Part shown: one piece after another, positions 9,622-20,817 of the stretch
Layout: every line of letters starts with the position of its first letter
Numbering within the stretch: position 1 is the first letter of the stretch
Assembly: GCA_041739995.1 (NCBI GenBank)
Contig: JBGSMV010000059.1
Span: forward strand, 64,001 to 128,000
Source of the DNA: Bdellovibrionota bacterium
Lineage (GTDB): Bacteria; Bdellovibrionota_C; UBA2361; JBGSMV01
Reading direction: 5' to 3'
DNA length: 64,000 nucleotides
Notes under the pieces: generated by a model
The model's input: only the letters and a program-made list of their open reading frames with translations
Databases searched by the model: none
What the model was told of the DNA's origin: nothing
Translations under genes and position numbers: made by a program

Positions 9622-11988
9622 TCAACCGTCCATAAATGTTCTAAGACGCTTGCTCCTACTAGGATGTCGGAGTTTTCGAAGAGCTTTAGCTTCAATCTGT
9701 CTAATACGCTCACGAGTCACGTCGAAGTTCTGACCTACTTCCTCTAGGGTGTGATCGCTCTTCTCGCCGATCCCAAAACGCATGCGCAGCACCTTCTCTT
9801 CTCGAGGGGTGAGAGTCGCAAGAACCTTTCGAGTTTGCTCTTGCAGGTTCATGTTAACCACTGCAGTCGCAGGAGAAACGACGCGTTTGTCTTCGATAAA
9901 ATCACCAAGATGTGAATCTTCCTCTTCTCCGATTGGGGTTTCGAGGGAGATAGGCTCTTTGGCAATCTTTAAGACCTTGCGAACCTTCTCTAGCGGAATC
10001 TCCATCTTTGCGGCGATTTCTTCAGGAGTAGGTTCCTTACCAAGCTCTTGCACGAGCTGGCGTGAAGTTCTGACCAACTTGTTGATAGTCTCGATCATGT
10101 GCACAGGAATACGAATAATGCGCGCTTGATCTGCAATGGCACGAGTGATCGCTTGTCGAATCCACCAGGTGGCATAGGTCGAGAACTTGTAGCCACGTTG
10201 ATATTCGAACTTATCAACGGCCTTCATCAGACCAATGTTGCCTTCTTGAATAAGGTCCAAGAACTGCAACCCTCTGTTGGTGTACTTCTTCGCAATAGAC
10301 ACCACGAGACGTAAGTTGGCTTCAACAAGCTCTTGCTTCGCATTCTGGGCGCGAATCTCTCCGTCAAACAGTTTGTAGGCGCGCTCCTTAAACTCTGTGG
10401 CGCTCATGAGCGCCTTAAGCTCAAACTCCTCGTAGTGAGATGAAAAGGACTCTAAACGCTGAGCCAATCGGCGCGCATCATCAGCCTTCAACTTTAGGCG
10501 ACGAGATACACGCTTCAAGTCAGTCTGATCTCCTGATTGCAACTCAGGGAGCGCAGCAAGAAGCTCTTCTGCGGGTCGATTTCCGCCAAGTTCTCGTACC
10601 CGACGCATTTCTCTGAGCAAATCATCAAGACGAACCTTGAAGTCCTTAATGCACTGAGCCATTGCGTTAAACTGCTTCTGGTTCAGCTTGAGTGCTTCAA
10701 TCTTCTGAGCATTTTTCTGCAAGAGCTTGAACCACTTCTTCTCAAGATCAGCGAGGCTCTTGCTCTCCGTTTTGCGAGCTTCCTTGAGCTTTAGGTACAT
10801 GTCGCGCGTATCCTTAAGTGCGCGCTTGTAGGGGCCAGCCTTCTTGAAGAAAGCCTTCTTGGCCTCCTCTTCTTCCTTGTTGATCTGCGGCGCCTTTTCC
10901 TCTTCGACAGAAGCGTCATCATCGTCGTCGGATGTAGCCGGACGACGTTTTTCCTCCTCCTCTTCTTCCTCCTCTTCCTCACCTTCCTTGGCCTCGACCT
11001 CTTCTTCCTGGAAGAGATCTTTCAGGCGCACATCGCCGTTCTTTACACGCTCAAAGAGGTCTACCACGTAATTAAGTGCAATCGGCTGAGTAAGAACTTC
11101 GCTTTTGACTTCCAGCAGACCGGCCTCAATGCGCTTGGCGATTTCAACCTCGCCTTCGCGCGTGAGAAGTTGCACGTTGCCCATCTCGCGCAAGTACATG
11201 CGCACTGGGTCAGTGCTCTTTCCGAGAGCTGACTCGTCAGCAATCTCGTCTTGAGAAGAGCTCTCCGCCTGAGCAGGCTCAGCGGCGTCGCCAAATCCAG
11301 CGGCGCCGCGCTCGCGGATGTCGATATCATGCTCACCAAACATCGCGACCACGTCGTCTATTTGGTCTTCCGACACCAGCTCATTGGAGATCGCTTCATT
11401 AAGATCGTCCATGGTAAGGAATCCCTTTTCCTTACCAAGATCGAGAAGCCTGGTTACCTCAGTTTCTCCATCGCCGCGCTTCTCCTCGGAACCGTCGAGG
11501 CTTTCCGCTCCAGCTTCTCGCTCGAGTGCACGTTCTCGCGCGGCACTGCGCTCTTTAAGACGCTTTCTTAGGTCTTCGAGGCTGATTGCCCTTTGAGGTT
11601 TTGGTGGAGCTCCGCGATAAAGTTTTGGAGCGGCGCCATTCGCAGGCGCGGCTCGCTTCGGAGCTGTTGGGCCTGCCTTTCTGAAACGGGAACTAGATCG
11701 ACCGAAGGCCCACTTGCTTGGAGCTGGACGTGGCGGTGCGGCGACCGCAACGCTTACATCAGGCTGCGCGCTGCGTGGTGCTACCGTTTTTAACTGTGAT
11801 TTTGCCGAAGAAATTTTTAGGGCAGCGGGCGCCTTGGAAGAAGCTGGCTTCGCCGAGCTACTGCGAGCAGTATTGGCAGCAGTCTTATTGCGACCAGAAC
11901 GTGCTTTAAGTTTGCTAATGGCCGAGCTACGACCGCTCGAGGGCTTTGAGGTTTTGCGCATGGGGGTACGGGTCTTCTTGGAAGTCAC
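9622..11988 (-). CDS. rpoD: RNA polymerase sigma factor RpoD (sigma70)
   Basis: Regions 1.1, 1.2 ([11 protein letters not shown]), 2 ([31 protein letters not shown]) and 4; long N-terminal extension. Confidence 0.98.
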   Translation of the reverse strand: MTSKKTRTPMRKTSKPSSGRSSAISKLKARSGRNKTAANTARSSSAKPASSKAPAALKISSAKSQLKTVAPRSAQPDVSVAVAAPPRPAPSKWAFGRSSSRFRKAGPTAPKRAAPANGAAPKLYRGAPPKPQRAISLEDLRKRLKERSAARERALEREAGAESLDGSEEKRGDGETEVTRLLDLGKEKGFLTMDDLNEAISNELVSEDQIDDVVAMFGEHDIDIRERGAAGFGDAAEPAQAESSSQDEIADESALGKSTDPVRMYLREMGNVQLLTREGEVEIAKRIEAGLLEVKSEVLTQPIALNYVVDLFERVKNGDVRLKDLFQEEEVEAKEGEEEEEEEEEEKRRPATSDDDDDASVEEEKAPQINKEEEEAKKAFFKKAGPYKRALKDTRDMYLKLKEARKTESKSLADLEKKWFKLLQKNAQKIEALKLNQKQFNAMAQCIKDFKVRLDDLLREMRRVRELGGNRPAEELLAALPELQSGDQTDLKRVSRRLKLKADDARRLAQRLESFSSHYEEFELKALMSATEFKERAYKLFDGEIRAQNAKQELVEANLRLVVSIAKKYTNRGLQFLDLIQEGNIGLMKAVDKFEYQRGYKFSTYATWWIRQAITRAIADQARIIRIPVHMIETINKLVRTSRQLVQELGKEPTPEEIAAKMEIPLEKVRKVLKIAKEPISLETPIGEEEDSHLGDFIEDKRVVSPATAVVNMNLQEQTRKVLATLTPREEKVLRMRFGIGEKSDHTLEEVGQNFDVTRERIRQIEAKALRKLRHPSRSKRLRTFMDG

Positions 11989-12253
11989 TGGATAGACTCT
12001 TCTGTAAAAAGGATGAAACTACGTGAAAGTAGCGAGTTAGCGCAAATTAATCCACCCGGGAAGCCCCTGAAACTTAATTCAACTAGCGAAAAAGTATAAA
12101 CCGAACCTCCATTGCACTGAGCGGCAGGCCTGTGTCGCTCTTCTTTAGCGAATGCTCGCTTTATGCCCGCATGTTAACCATCGAAAATGCAAGATTATCT
12201 GTTTAATTGCAGTAGGTTAAGCGACCACAAGCTGGGTCGCTGCGCAGGTACTC

Positions 12254-14155
12254 CTAGAGTTTCGTGAGGTGACGCTTCAAGGTAACTGACTGCTGAGAAA
12301 GCGACATACGCTCCTCGTCCGTGGTAGCAGCGCGTGCCAGCCGATCGAGCTCTTTCAACTGAAGATTTCCGGAAGCCTTTGCGTAGGCGCGCTTACACTC
12401 GACAAATATGTTTGAAAAATCGACCTCCTTGTCAGTCGACATCGCATATGCTTGCTTCCAGTGCTCGCGCCACGAGTCACCAAAAAGATCGAGCAAATCT
12501 TTGAGTGCTTCCTTCTTCTGATCGGGTCCAATGGACTGTTCCGCCATTATCGCACACAGTTCCTCGGCAAAGCGCAGCGTCGAGCGATTCACTTGGGTGC
12601 TAAGGTCAGGGTCGCTTAAAAGCTCTCGTGGGAGGTCTTCCTTGTGCGCCATGAGTGCAAACAGAAGCTCACGGTCCAGTCGTGGAAGTTCACTGATGGG
12701 GCTTGGAGCAGAAACAACATCGTCTCGATTCTCACTCGAAGAGCGTTCCTGCGTCTCACTACCGGACGACGCGCGAATGCTAGATGAGCGAGTAGAGGCA
12801 CTGGATTTTGCCGTTACCATCTCACGCAGAAGTGTTGAGTCCACCGATAATTTAAGAGAGGCGCGCTCTATTAACTCACTTTGCTCAATCGGATTACCTA
12901 CTTCTCTAAGAATAGGAACAAGCTCCTCACAAAGCCGGCCCTTCGAAGCTCCACCGAGCTCTGAGGCAGAAGAAGCACCTGCTTTCTCCACTTGGAGGTC
13001 TATATAACACTCTATCAGCGGTACTCTCGGCAACTCAGAAAGCTTGGCAGAAGTTTCCGCTCCATGCGCCAGAGCAAAGGTGTCCGGGTCTTGGTCAGAG
13101 GGCAGAAATGCTGCACAAACATCCAATCCAGAATTAACAAACAATGGATAGCTTTTTCCGGCGGCAGCGCGCCCCGCAGAGTCCCCATCAAAAAGCAGTG
13201 TAACTTTTCGCGTCAAATGTTTTAGCCTGCGCACGTGCTGAGTGGTAACGGCAGTACCACAGGTTGCCAGCGCTGTTCGCACCCCGACCTGCCAAAGACC
13301 CACCACATCCAAGTAGCCCTCGACTAAATAAACTTCTCGCGATTCACGAATCGCAGCGAGCGCCTGAGGGAGCCCGAAGAACACTGCTTGTTTGTGGTAC
13401 ACGGGCGTATCGGAAGAGTTCAAATACTTAGGCGCCTTGGTGAGAGTCCCCTCTTCCACCAATGAAGGGATGAGCCTGCCGCCGAAACCGGCGATGTGCT
13501 TTGAGTCAGTTGCAATCGGGAAGATTAGGCGCGCACGAAAGGTGTCGTAGAGGTCTCCTCGCTGACTACGTCGAATAAGCCCGGCTTGAAGCATGATGGG
13601 CTCAGTAATTTTCTTTTGCTTGAGAAATGAGTGCAGGGCAGAACGCTCTGGCGGAGCAAAACCAATATTAAAAGCTTTCTGTGCCTCGGCCGAGATGCGA
13701 CGCTCTTCGAGATAAGCCTGCACGCGGCCTGCCGCGATCCGAACAGATTCAGGCGCATTCTTGCTAGAACCGGCCTCCAGGCAGGAACTGAAGAACCGGG
13801 CAGCCATGCTGTTTGCGGCATACAATGCATTCTTGTCGGCACCATCGCCCTGAGGCTTTCGAACGCCCTCATAGTCGACCTTGATGCCCAGCCGTCCCGC
13901 TAATTCTTCCACCGCCTCCGGAAATCCGAGACCGCGCGCACGCATCACGAAGCTAATCGCGTTGCCTGAGACACCACATCCAAAGCAATGGTAGAAACGA
14001 TCGTCTCTTAGGTGAAAGGACGGGGACTTCTCGGCATGAAAAGGACAAAGTCCCACCACGCTGGTGCCCTGGCGCTTAAGCGAGACCCCTTCGGCGACAA
14101 TCTCATAGAGACTCGCCCTCTCAAGGATCTCGTCGATCGTCCTTTGGGCAATCAT
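12254..14155 (-). CDS. dnaG: DNA primase
   Basis: CPFH...CFGC zinc finger, KYLNS, Toprim EGYLDV/FDGDSAG; upstream of rpoD. Confidence 0.97.
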   Translation of the reverse strand: MIAQRTIDEILERASLYEIVAEGVSLKRQGTSVVGLCPFHAEKSPSFHLRDDRFYHCFGCGVSGNAISFVMRARGLGFPEAVEELAGRLGIKVDYEGVRKPQGDGADKNALYAANSMAARFFSSCLEAGSSKNAPESVRIAAGRVQAYLEERRISAEAQKAFNIGFAPPERSALHSFLKQKKITEPIMLQAGLIRRSQRGDLYDTFRARLIFPIATDSKHIAGFGGRLIPSLVEEGTLTKAPKYLNSSDTPVYHKQAVFFGLPQALAAIRESREVYLVEGYLDVVGLWQVGVRTALATCGTAVTTQHVRRLKHLTRKVTLLFDGDSAGRAAAGKSYPLFVNSGLDVCAAFLPSDQDPDTFALAHGAETSAKLSELPRVPLIECYIDLQVEKAGASSASELGGASKGRLCEELVPILREVGNPIEQSELIERASLKLSVDSTLLREMVTAKSSASTRSSSIRASSGSETQERSSSENRDDVVSAPSPISELPRLDRELLFALMAHKEDLPRELLSDPDLSTQVNRSTLRFAEELCAIMAEQSIGPDQKKEALKDLLDLFGDSWREHWKQAYAMSTDKEVDFSNIFVECKRAYAKASGNLQLKELDRLARAATTDEERMSLSQQSVTLKRHLTKL

Positions 14156-14194
14156 GATTTGTCCTACTGCGGAAACATAAAAAAGGCAGGCCGA

Positions 14195-15382
14195 TCAAGC
14201 CGCCCGTCGGATGATCATCGCAATGCCTTGGCCACCCCCAATGCATAACGTCGCTAGTCCAATCTGCTTTGAGCTGCGCTGGAGACCATAAATCAGAGTG
14301 GTGAGCACTCTTGCGCCACTGGCACCAATAGGGTGCCCTAAGGCGATGGCGCCTCCGGAGACGTTGACCTTTAGAGGGTCGAGCCCAAGTTCGCGTTGAA
14401 CCACCAATGCTTGTACCGCAAAGGCCTCGTTCGCTTCGACAAGTTCAAGGTCGCCCACCGTCAGCTTGGCCGATTCACAGGCCTTTCTTGCGGCCGGGAC
14501 CGGTCCGTAGCCCATGCGCTCTGGAGCCACACCAGCGGCACTGACCGCCAAGACCTCTGCAAGCGCGGTAGCGCCAGACCGAGCGAGAGCCTCTTCGGAC
14601 ATGAGGACCAGCATGGCGGCGCCGTCGTTTATTCCCGAGGCATTCCCGGCGGTAACGGTGCCATCTTTTTGAAATGCCGGAGAAAGCTTCTTTAGGTCCG
14701 CCGTGGACGTTTGCGGTCGAATATATTCATCAGTGTCAAAGGAGCCGACTACCGCGCCACGTTTGAGTAGCGGAACTGCTGCGATTTCGTTTTTAAAATG
14801 CCCAGCTTGTTGAGCTATCCCCGCCCGACGCTGACTCTCTGCGGCGTAAGCGTCTTGTTCTTCCCGCGATATCTTGAATTCAGTGGCGAGGTTCTCCGCC
14901 GTGATGCCCATATGATATCCGTGAAAGGCGTCGGTAAGGCCATCACTGAGCATTAAATCTTTAAACTCCACTGCCCCCATTTTCTTACCCCAGCGCACAT
15001 CGCTGGAGACATGCATGGCCTGGGACATGCTCTCCACGCCGCCTGCAAGTACACACTGAGCGTCACCAGCGCGAATGCTCTGAAACCCAAGCGCAATCGC
15101 TTTGAGTCCTGATCCGCACACTTGATTGACCGTGAAGGCCGGGACCTCAGACTTGAGGCCACTGTCGAGCGCTATCTGGCGAGCGATATTCATGCCATGG
15201 CCCGCGGCGAGAACATTGCCAACAATCACCTCGTCAACGCCTGCCGTGACCTTTTCAGAAAGCCCGGAAAACGCCGCACGCGCACAAGTGCTGCCCATCG
15301 ATCGGGCGCTCACACCCACAAGCGCCCCACCGAAACTTCCGATAGCGGTGCGCTTTGCTGCAACGATGAAAACTTTCTTCAT
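14195..15382 (-). CDS. Acetyl-CoA C-acetyltransferase (thiolase)
   Basis: [20 protein letters not shown] and LCIGGGQG motifs. Confidence 0.95.
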   Translation of the reverse strand: MKKVFIVAAKRTAIGSFGGALVGVSARSMGSTCARAAFSGLSEKVTAGVDEVIVGNVLAAGHGMNIARQIALDSGLKSEVPAFTVNQVCGSGLKAIALGFQSIRAGDAQCVLAGGVESMSQAMHVSSDVRWGKKMGAVEFKDLMLSDGLTDAFHGYHMGITAENLATEFKISREEQDAYAAESQRRAGIAQQAGHFKNEIAAVPLLKRGAVVGSFDTDEYIRPQTSTADLKKLSPAFQKDGTVTAGNASGINDGAAMLVLMSEEALARSGATALAEVLAVSAAGVAPERMGYGPVPAARKACESAKLTVGDLELVEANEAFAVQALVVQRELGLDPLKVNVSGGAIALGHPIGASGARVLTTLIYGLQRSSKQIGLATLCIGGGQGIAMIIRRAA

Positions 15383-15440
15383 GCTCAATACCTCGACCTC
15401 AAACCACTTCTAGAATTATTCAGCGCAGCCACCACTCATA

Positions 15441-15950
15441 CTATGCGCCATCATCGAGCTGCTCTTCCTCTTCGGGTGTATAGTTTAGCGCGATACTGAG
15501 CACCTCGTACTCTCGAGTGCCACCTGGCAGTGAAACTTTGGCCACGTCTCCTACGACCTTTCCTATCAAGCCCTTCGCAAGAGGTGACTCAAACGAGATC
15601 ATGCCGCGCTCAACATCCGATTCGTCGCTTCCCACTAAAGTAAGAGTCTTCTCCTCACCGGAGTCTAAGTCGCTGATAGTTACCGAAAGTCCGAACACTA
15701 CTCGCGAGTGATCGGAGAGTTTTCGCGGATCAATAAGTTCTGCATTTGAGAGCTTGGTTTCCACGTCACGAATCTTAGCCTCTACCATGCCGGATTTCTC
15801 TTTGGCGGCGTCGTAATCGCCGTTCTCGGATAAATCTCCGTGACCACGTGCAATCTCAATCGCCAAAGCCAGCTCTGGACGCATAGCTTTTAACTTCTTA
15901 ATTTCGCGTCGCAACGCGTTGTACCCATTTGGGGTCATTGGTCTTTTCAT
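15441..15950 (-). CDS. greA: Transcription elongation factor GreA
   Basis: ARGHGDLSENGDYDAAK and ISFESPLAKGLIG motifs. Confidence 0.95.
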   Translation of the reverse strand: MKRPMTPNGYNALRREIKKLKAMRPELALAIEIARGHGDLSENGDYDAAKEKSGMVEAKIRDVETKLSNAELIDPRKLSDHSRVVFGLSVTISDLDSGEEKTLTLVGSDESDVERGMISFESPLAKGLIGKVVGDVAKVSLPGGTREYEVLSIALNYTPEEEEQLDDGA

Positions 15951-16005
15951 ATTTCAGTTCCTGAAGAGCACCAAGCTCTTTGTTTTGGTGCCGCTGTTCT
16001 TGGCG

Positions 16006-16068
16006 CTGTTTTTCGTAGCGCTGCTTTTTGTAGCACTGATTTTCGTAGCACTGCTCTTCGTAGCACTG
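16006..16068. repeat. Tandem 15-bp repeat x4 in the greA leader
   Basis: ctgtttttcgtagcg / ctgctttttgtagca / ctgattttcgtagca / ctgctcttcgtagca. Confidence 0.9.
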
Positions 16069-16110
16069 TGGTGCGCCAGCGCTCAATTAATCTACAACGT
16101 ATCATATCGT

Positions 16111-16172
16111 GCTTGCACGCTTAGCAATATAGTGCATGCACGCCTAGGAATATAGCGCCTGCACGCTTAGCA
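16111..16172. repeat. Tandem 23-bp repeat x2.7
   Basis: gcttgcacgcttagcaatatagt / gcatgcacgcctaggaatatagc / gcctgcacgcttagca. Confidence 0.8.
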
Positions 16173-16190
16173 CCCGTCTAAAGTTCCTCT

Positions 16191-19100
16191 TTATACGGCC
16201 ATTTGGGTTTGAGTGGCGCTCGATGCTCGCTTTTGCAGAACCGGGCGCGCTTGATGACAGTCCTGCAAGCACGCAACTGAGGTCACCTCGCCACTTCGCA
16301 CTGAGGCAATTGCCTCGGTCGCCGCCAGCGCTGCGGCCATAGTGGTATACACCGGGATGCCCATCTCTGTCGCTACTAGTCTAATCGAGCGAGAATCCAG
16401 TAGAGAACCAATAGTTTTAGGACTACTGCTCTCGGGGGTGTTAATCACCCAATGCAATCTGCCTTCTCCAAGCAAGTCCACCACGTGAGGAGAGCCTTCA
16501 AGCACTTTGTTCACGACCGTAGCGGACACGCCACGCTGCTTCAAATACTGAGCGGTACCACTCGTAGCAAAGATGTTGAAGCCGAGAGAAGCGAGGCTCT
16601 TTCCCAGCTCCTCTAGCTCAGGCTTATCAACATCCGCGACACTTAAGAATACATTGCCTTCAGCGGGAAGCTTAATCGAAGCGCCCATCTGGGCCTTGGC
16701 GAAAGCACCACCGAAGGTCGAATGCATCCCCATGACTTCGCCAGTAGATTTCATTTCGGGCCCTAAAATTGTGTCGACTCCCTGGAACTTGGCGAACGGA
16801 AAGACGCAGGCCTTCACCGCGTATAGTGCAGACTCGCTCCTCAGTTGTGGAACCCAGTCAGAGAGGCCAAGGGCGCTCAACTTAACTCCAGCCATTACGC
16901 GCGCAGCGACTTTGGCCCAAGGAATGCCGGTAGCTTTTGAAACATAGGGCACAGTACGAGAAGCACGCGGATTCGCCTCGAGTATATAAACTCGATCGGT
17001 AGCCATCTTACTGTTGCCTGACCTTTCCGCCGCGACATCTGCTCGCTCCACGGCAAACTGCACGTTCATTAAGCCCACAACGCCCAAGGCTTTTGCGAGT
17101 ACCTTTGTTTGACGTACTAACTCATGCACAGTTTCGTCCGACAAAGTGGGCGGAGGAGTGCAGCATGAACTATCCCCTGAGTGAATCCCCGCGCGTTCGA
17201 TATGCTCCATCACTCCAGAAATAATGCAGTCCTGCCCATCACTGACGCAGTCGACGTCAACCTCCACCGCTTTGTGTAAGAAGCGGTCTAACAATACCGA
17301 GCGCTGCTCCGACGCTTGCAAGGTTTCTTGTATGAAGTTTGCAAGCTCCTCAGAACTATGAACTACGCGCATCGCCCTTCCGCCAAGAACAAACGAAGGT
17401 CGCAACATTAATGGATATCCCAAATCAACCCCGGCCTTTAACGCTTCCTCAAGGGTCTTTGCGGTTCGCGATTTAGGTTGCTGAAGTCCCAGCGTGTCTA
17501 CCAGGTCAGCAAAGCGCCCGCGATCTTCTGCGGCATCGATAGAATCAACTGAGGTGCCCAAAATCGGCACGCCACGACGACTAAGTTCGGCGGCAAGTTT
17601 TAGCGGAGTCTGGCCACCAAACTGTACAACCACGCCCCACGGTTTCTCTCTCTCAATAATATTAAGCACGTGTTCCAGAGTAAGCGGCTCAAAATATAGC
17701 CGGTCGCTAATGTCATAGTCAGTGGAAACAGTCTCAGGATTGCAGTTCGCCATGATGGTTTCGAAGCCATCTTCGCGAAACGCGAGCACTGCGTGAACGC
17801 AGCAGTAATCGAACTCGATTCCTTGCCCAATACGGATAGGACCAGACCCAAGAATCAAAATCTTTCGTTGCTTGGTAGGCGGAGCCTCGTCCTGACAGAT
17901 TGGAGGAGTGTTGCCAGATGCGGCCTGAACCGCAGGTTCATAGCTCGAGTATAAGTACGGAGTGTGTGCGACGAATTCGGCGGCACAGGTGTCTACGCGC
18001 TTGAATATCGGTTGGATGCCCATGTCGGCTCGATGTTGTCGAACTTTATTTTCAGAAGAATTACAAAGGTCCGCAATCCGCTTATCAGTGAAACCAAGCT
18101 CTTTAAGCGAACGGAGCGCATCAGCGTCCTTTAGAGAGAAGGTTGAACTCTTAACCTGCTCAGCAAGCTGAACTTCCACGTTTATAATCTGTTGCATGTG
18201 GGCCAGGAACCAAGGATCGATTCCGGTAACTCGCGCGACATCGTCAAGCGTCGCCCCACCCCTAAAGGCCTCAGCGACAAGCCAAATACGGTGAGACGAG
18301 GGAGTCTTGGTAAGCTCAAGCAGCTCTGAGCGTCCAAGGTCCTTTGCCAGTTCTGCGCGATCGAATCCGGCGCTTCCAAGTTCCATTGAGGCGAGTGCTT
18401 TTTGGAGCGCTTCAGGGAAATTTCGCCCGAAAGACATCACTTCACCAACTGAGCGCATCTGTGTGCCGAGCTCGTTCTTCGAGCCAGGAAACTTCTCGAA
18501 ATTAAATCGAGGCATTTTTACCACGGTATAGTCTATTGAAGGCTCAAAGCAGGCTGGAGTCTCGGCAGTAATATCATTCGGGATTTCATCTAGGGTGTAC
18601 CCCACTGCGAGCTTGGCCGCGATCTTGGCGATGGGAAACCCAGTTGCCTTTGAAGCCAGTGCAGAACTGCGCGACACTCGCGGATTCATCTCGATGACAA
18701 TTAGACGTCCGTTCTCTGGATTAATCGCAAACTGAACATTGGAACCTCCGGTATCCACACCAATGCGTCGCATTACCTTGATGGCAGCGTCGCGCACACG
18801 CTGATACTCACGGTCGGTTAGAGTCTGAATAGGTGCCACCGTGATTGAGTCGCCGGTGTGCACCCCCATGGGGTCAAAATTCTCAATGCTGCAAACCACC
18901 ACCACATTGTCTTTAAGGTCACGCATTACCTCGAGCTCTAATTCCTTCCATCCAATTAGAGACTCTTCTACAAGAACTTCGTGATTGGGGCTCAAGGACA
19001 ATGCGTAGGACACCATCTGCGTGAGCTGCGAGGGACTACGTACGATGCCTCCGCCAGAGCCACCCAAGGTGCGTGAGGGGCGAAGTATCAGAGGGTACCC

Positions 19101-19586
19101 GATGATCTCGGCGTACATAGCAGCTTCTTCCACCGTGCGGGCGAGTCCGCTTTTCGCAGATTCAAGACCAATTTCTTGCATGGCTACTCGAAATAACTCG
19201 CGGTCCTCGGCGGTGCGAATCGCGTCGAGCTTTGCACCAATAAGTTCAACACCATATCTTTCAAATATACCGAGCTCAGAACACACAATCGCGGTATTCA
19301 AAGCGGTTTGACCTCCCATGGTGGGAAGCACCGCTTCGGGACGCTCAATTTGAATGATACGCTCAACGACCTCAGGAGTGATTGGCTCAATATAGGTGCG
19401 GTCCGCAAATTCAGGGTCGGTCATTATTGTGGCGGGATTAGAATTGAGCAGGACGACCCTATAGCCCTCCTCCCTCAACGCCTTGATTGCCTGAGTGCCG
19501 GAATAGTCAAATTCACAGGCCTGTCCGATCACGATTGGACCAGAACCGATCAGCATGATCGTCTTAATGTCTGTGCGCTTTGGCAT
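16191..19586 (-). CDS. carB: Carbamoyl-phosphate synthase large subunit
   Basis: MPKRTDIK...[17 protein letters not shown]; duplicated ATP-grasp domains and MGS domain. Confidence 0.98.
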   Translation of the reverse strand: MPKRTDIKTIMLIGSGPIVIGQACEFDYSGTQAIKALREEGYRVVLLNSNPATIMTDPEFADRTYIEPITPEVVERIIQIERPEAVLPTMGGQTALNTAIVCSELGIFERYGVELIGAKLDAIRTAEDRELFRVAMQEIGLESAKSGLARTVEEAAMYAEIIGYPLILRPSRTLGGSGGGIVRSPSQLTQMVSYALSLSPNHEVLVEESLIGWKELELEVMRDLKDNVVVVCSIENFDPMGVHTGDSITVAPIQTLTDREYQRVRDAAIKVMRRIGVDTGGSNVQFAINPENGRLIVIEMNPRVSRSSALASKATGFPIAKIAAKLAVGYTLDEIPNDITAETPACFEPSIDYTVVKMPRFNFEKFPGSKNELGTQMRSVGEVMSFGRNFPEALQKALASMELGSAGFDRAELAKDLGRSELLELTKTPSSHRIWLVAEAFRGGATLDDVARVTGIDPWFLAHMQQIINVEVQLAEQVKSSTFSLKDADALRSLKELGFTDKRIADLCNSSENKVRQHRADMGIQPIFKRVDTCAAEFVAHTPYLYSSYEPAVQAASGNTPPICQDEAPPTKQRKILILGSGPIRIGQGIEFDYCCVHAVLAFREDGFETIMANCNPETVSTDYDISDRLYFEPLTLEHVLNIIEREKPWGVVVQFGGQTPLKLAAELSRRGVPILGTSVDSIDAAEDRGRFADLVDTLGLQQPKSRTAKTLEEALKAGVDLGYPLMLRPSFVLGGRAMRVVHSSEELANFIQETLQASEQRSVLLDRFLHKAVEVDVDCVSDGQDCIISGVMEHIERAGIHSGDSSCCTPPPTLSDETVHELVRQTKVLAKALGVVGLMNVQFAVERADVAAERSGNSKMATDRVYILEANPRASRTVPYVSKATGIPWAKVAARVMAGVKLSALGLSDWVPQLRSESALYAVKACVFPFAKFQGVDTILGPEMKSTGEVMGMHSTFGGAFAKAQMGASIKLPAEGNVFLSVADVDKPELEELGKSLASLGFNIFATSGTAQYLKQRGVSATVVNKVLEGSPHVVDLLGEGRLHWVINTPESSSPKTIGSLLDSRSIRLVATEMGIPVYTTMAAALAATEAIASVRSGEVTSVACLQDCHQARPVLQKRASSATQTQMAV

Positions 19587-19635
19587 TGGCGTCCCCTTTT
19601 CTTCTCTTACTCTAAACCCTAATTGCCGTTCCTAA

Positions 19636-20817
19636 TTATACCACACCGGCGACACGTTCATAAAAGCGCCGAAACAGGTAGCGCGAGTCGTGAGGCCCTG
19701 GCGAAGCCTCAGGATGGTGCTGTACACAAAAGATCTTTCCGTCTTCTGACTCAAGGCCCTCGACGGTTTGATCGTTAAGATTCAAGTGCGAGACCGCGCT
19801 GCCACTTTCAAGTCCCTCAGGTGAAACCGCGAAGCCATGATTCTGTACCGTAATCTCTACCGCCCGGGTGCGAAGATCCATCACGGGATGGTTTCCGCCA
19901 CGGTGGCCAAACTTCAATTTAAAAGTCTTGGCACCAAAGGCTTGAGCAACGATCTGATGACCAAGGCAAATACCAAAAATCGGCAGTCGACCACGCAGGT
20001 CCTTTACCACCTGAACTAAGTAACCCAGCGTCGCTGGATCTCCCGGACCATTGGATAGAAAAAGCCCCTCGGGCCTAAGTGCAAGAATCTCGGCAGAAGA
20101 AATAGTGCTTGGCACCACAGTCACTCTAAAGCCGTTACCGGTCAACAAACGAAGAATGCTGCGCTTAATGCCACAGTCTATGGCAATAACGTGGGGGCGA
20201 GACGCAAGCTCTTGGTCATCAATTCTTGCAAAACCCGTCCCGGTTCTCTGCAAATGCTCTAGAGACCACGGAAGTTCGTGCCAAGTATAGGGTTTTTTGC
20301 AGCTAACTTCTTTGACCAAGTCGCGCCCCTGCATAGAGCCATGGGCTCGTGCGCGAGAAATAAGATCGTCGGAAGAAACCTCGGTGCCACTTGCCATAGC
20401 GCCCATCTGAGCTCCGTGGTCCCTTAAATGCGAGACCAAAGCGCGAGTGTCGATACGCGCGAGCCCCATTACTCCGCGCTGCGCAAGATAGTCATGCAAA
20501 GACTGCGATGCTCGAAAGTTACTAAACTGAGGACTAAGTTCTCGTACAATCATTCCAGTGGCATGAACGCGATCGCTCTCGTCGTCTTCAGAATTGCATC
20601 CCACGTTTCCGATTAGTGGATAGGTAAAGCAGACCATTTGCCCGCAGTAACTTGGGTCAGTCAAAATCTCTTGGTACCCAAACATCGAGGTATTGAAGAC
20701 CAACTCGCCAATGGCAGGAGATGAGGCTTCGAGTGCTGTGCCGAAACACACACCCTTGAACACAGTGCCGTCGGCGAGTGCCAGGGTTGCGGGAAGATGT
20801 TCTGGACCGAAGCTCAT
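19636..20817 (-). CDS. carA: Carbamoyl-phosphate synthase small subunit
   Basis: GYQEILTDPSY, GICLGHQ and HPEASPGP motifs. Confidence 0.97.
   Translation of the reverse strand: MSFGPEHLPATLALADGTVFKGVCFGTALEASSPAIGELVFNTSMFGYQEILTDPSYCGQMVCFTYPLIGNVGCNSEDDESDRVHATGMIVRELSPQFSNFRASQSLHDYLAQRGVMGLARIDTRALVSHLRDHGAQMGAMASGTEVSSDDLISRARAHGSMQGRDLVKEVSCKKPYTWHELPWSLEHLQRTGTGFARIDDQELASRPHVIAIDCGIKRSILRLLTGNGFRVTVVPSTISSAEILALRPEGLFLSNGPGDPATLGYLVQVVKDLRGRLPIFGICLGHQIVAQAFGAKTFKLKFGHRGGNHPVMDLRTRAVEITVQNHGFAVSPEGLESGSAVSHLNLNDQTVEGLESEDGKIFCVQHHPEASPGPHDSRYLFRRFYERVAGVV

Noticed and set aside
15919..16155. Hydrophobic plus-strand ORF (LFVAL repeats) as a membrane toxin
   Set aside because: Its hydrophobicity is a by-product of the 15-bp repeat. 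It has a TTG start, no clear SD and overlaps greA antisense.
16006..16172. CRISPR-like or iteron array
   Set aside because: Short contiguous repeats without spacers, and no rep or cas gene nearby.
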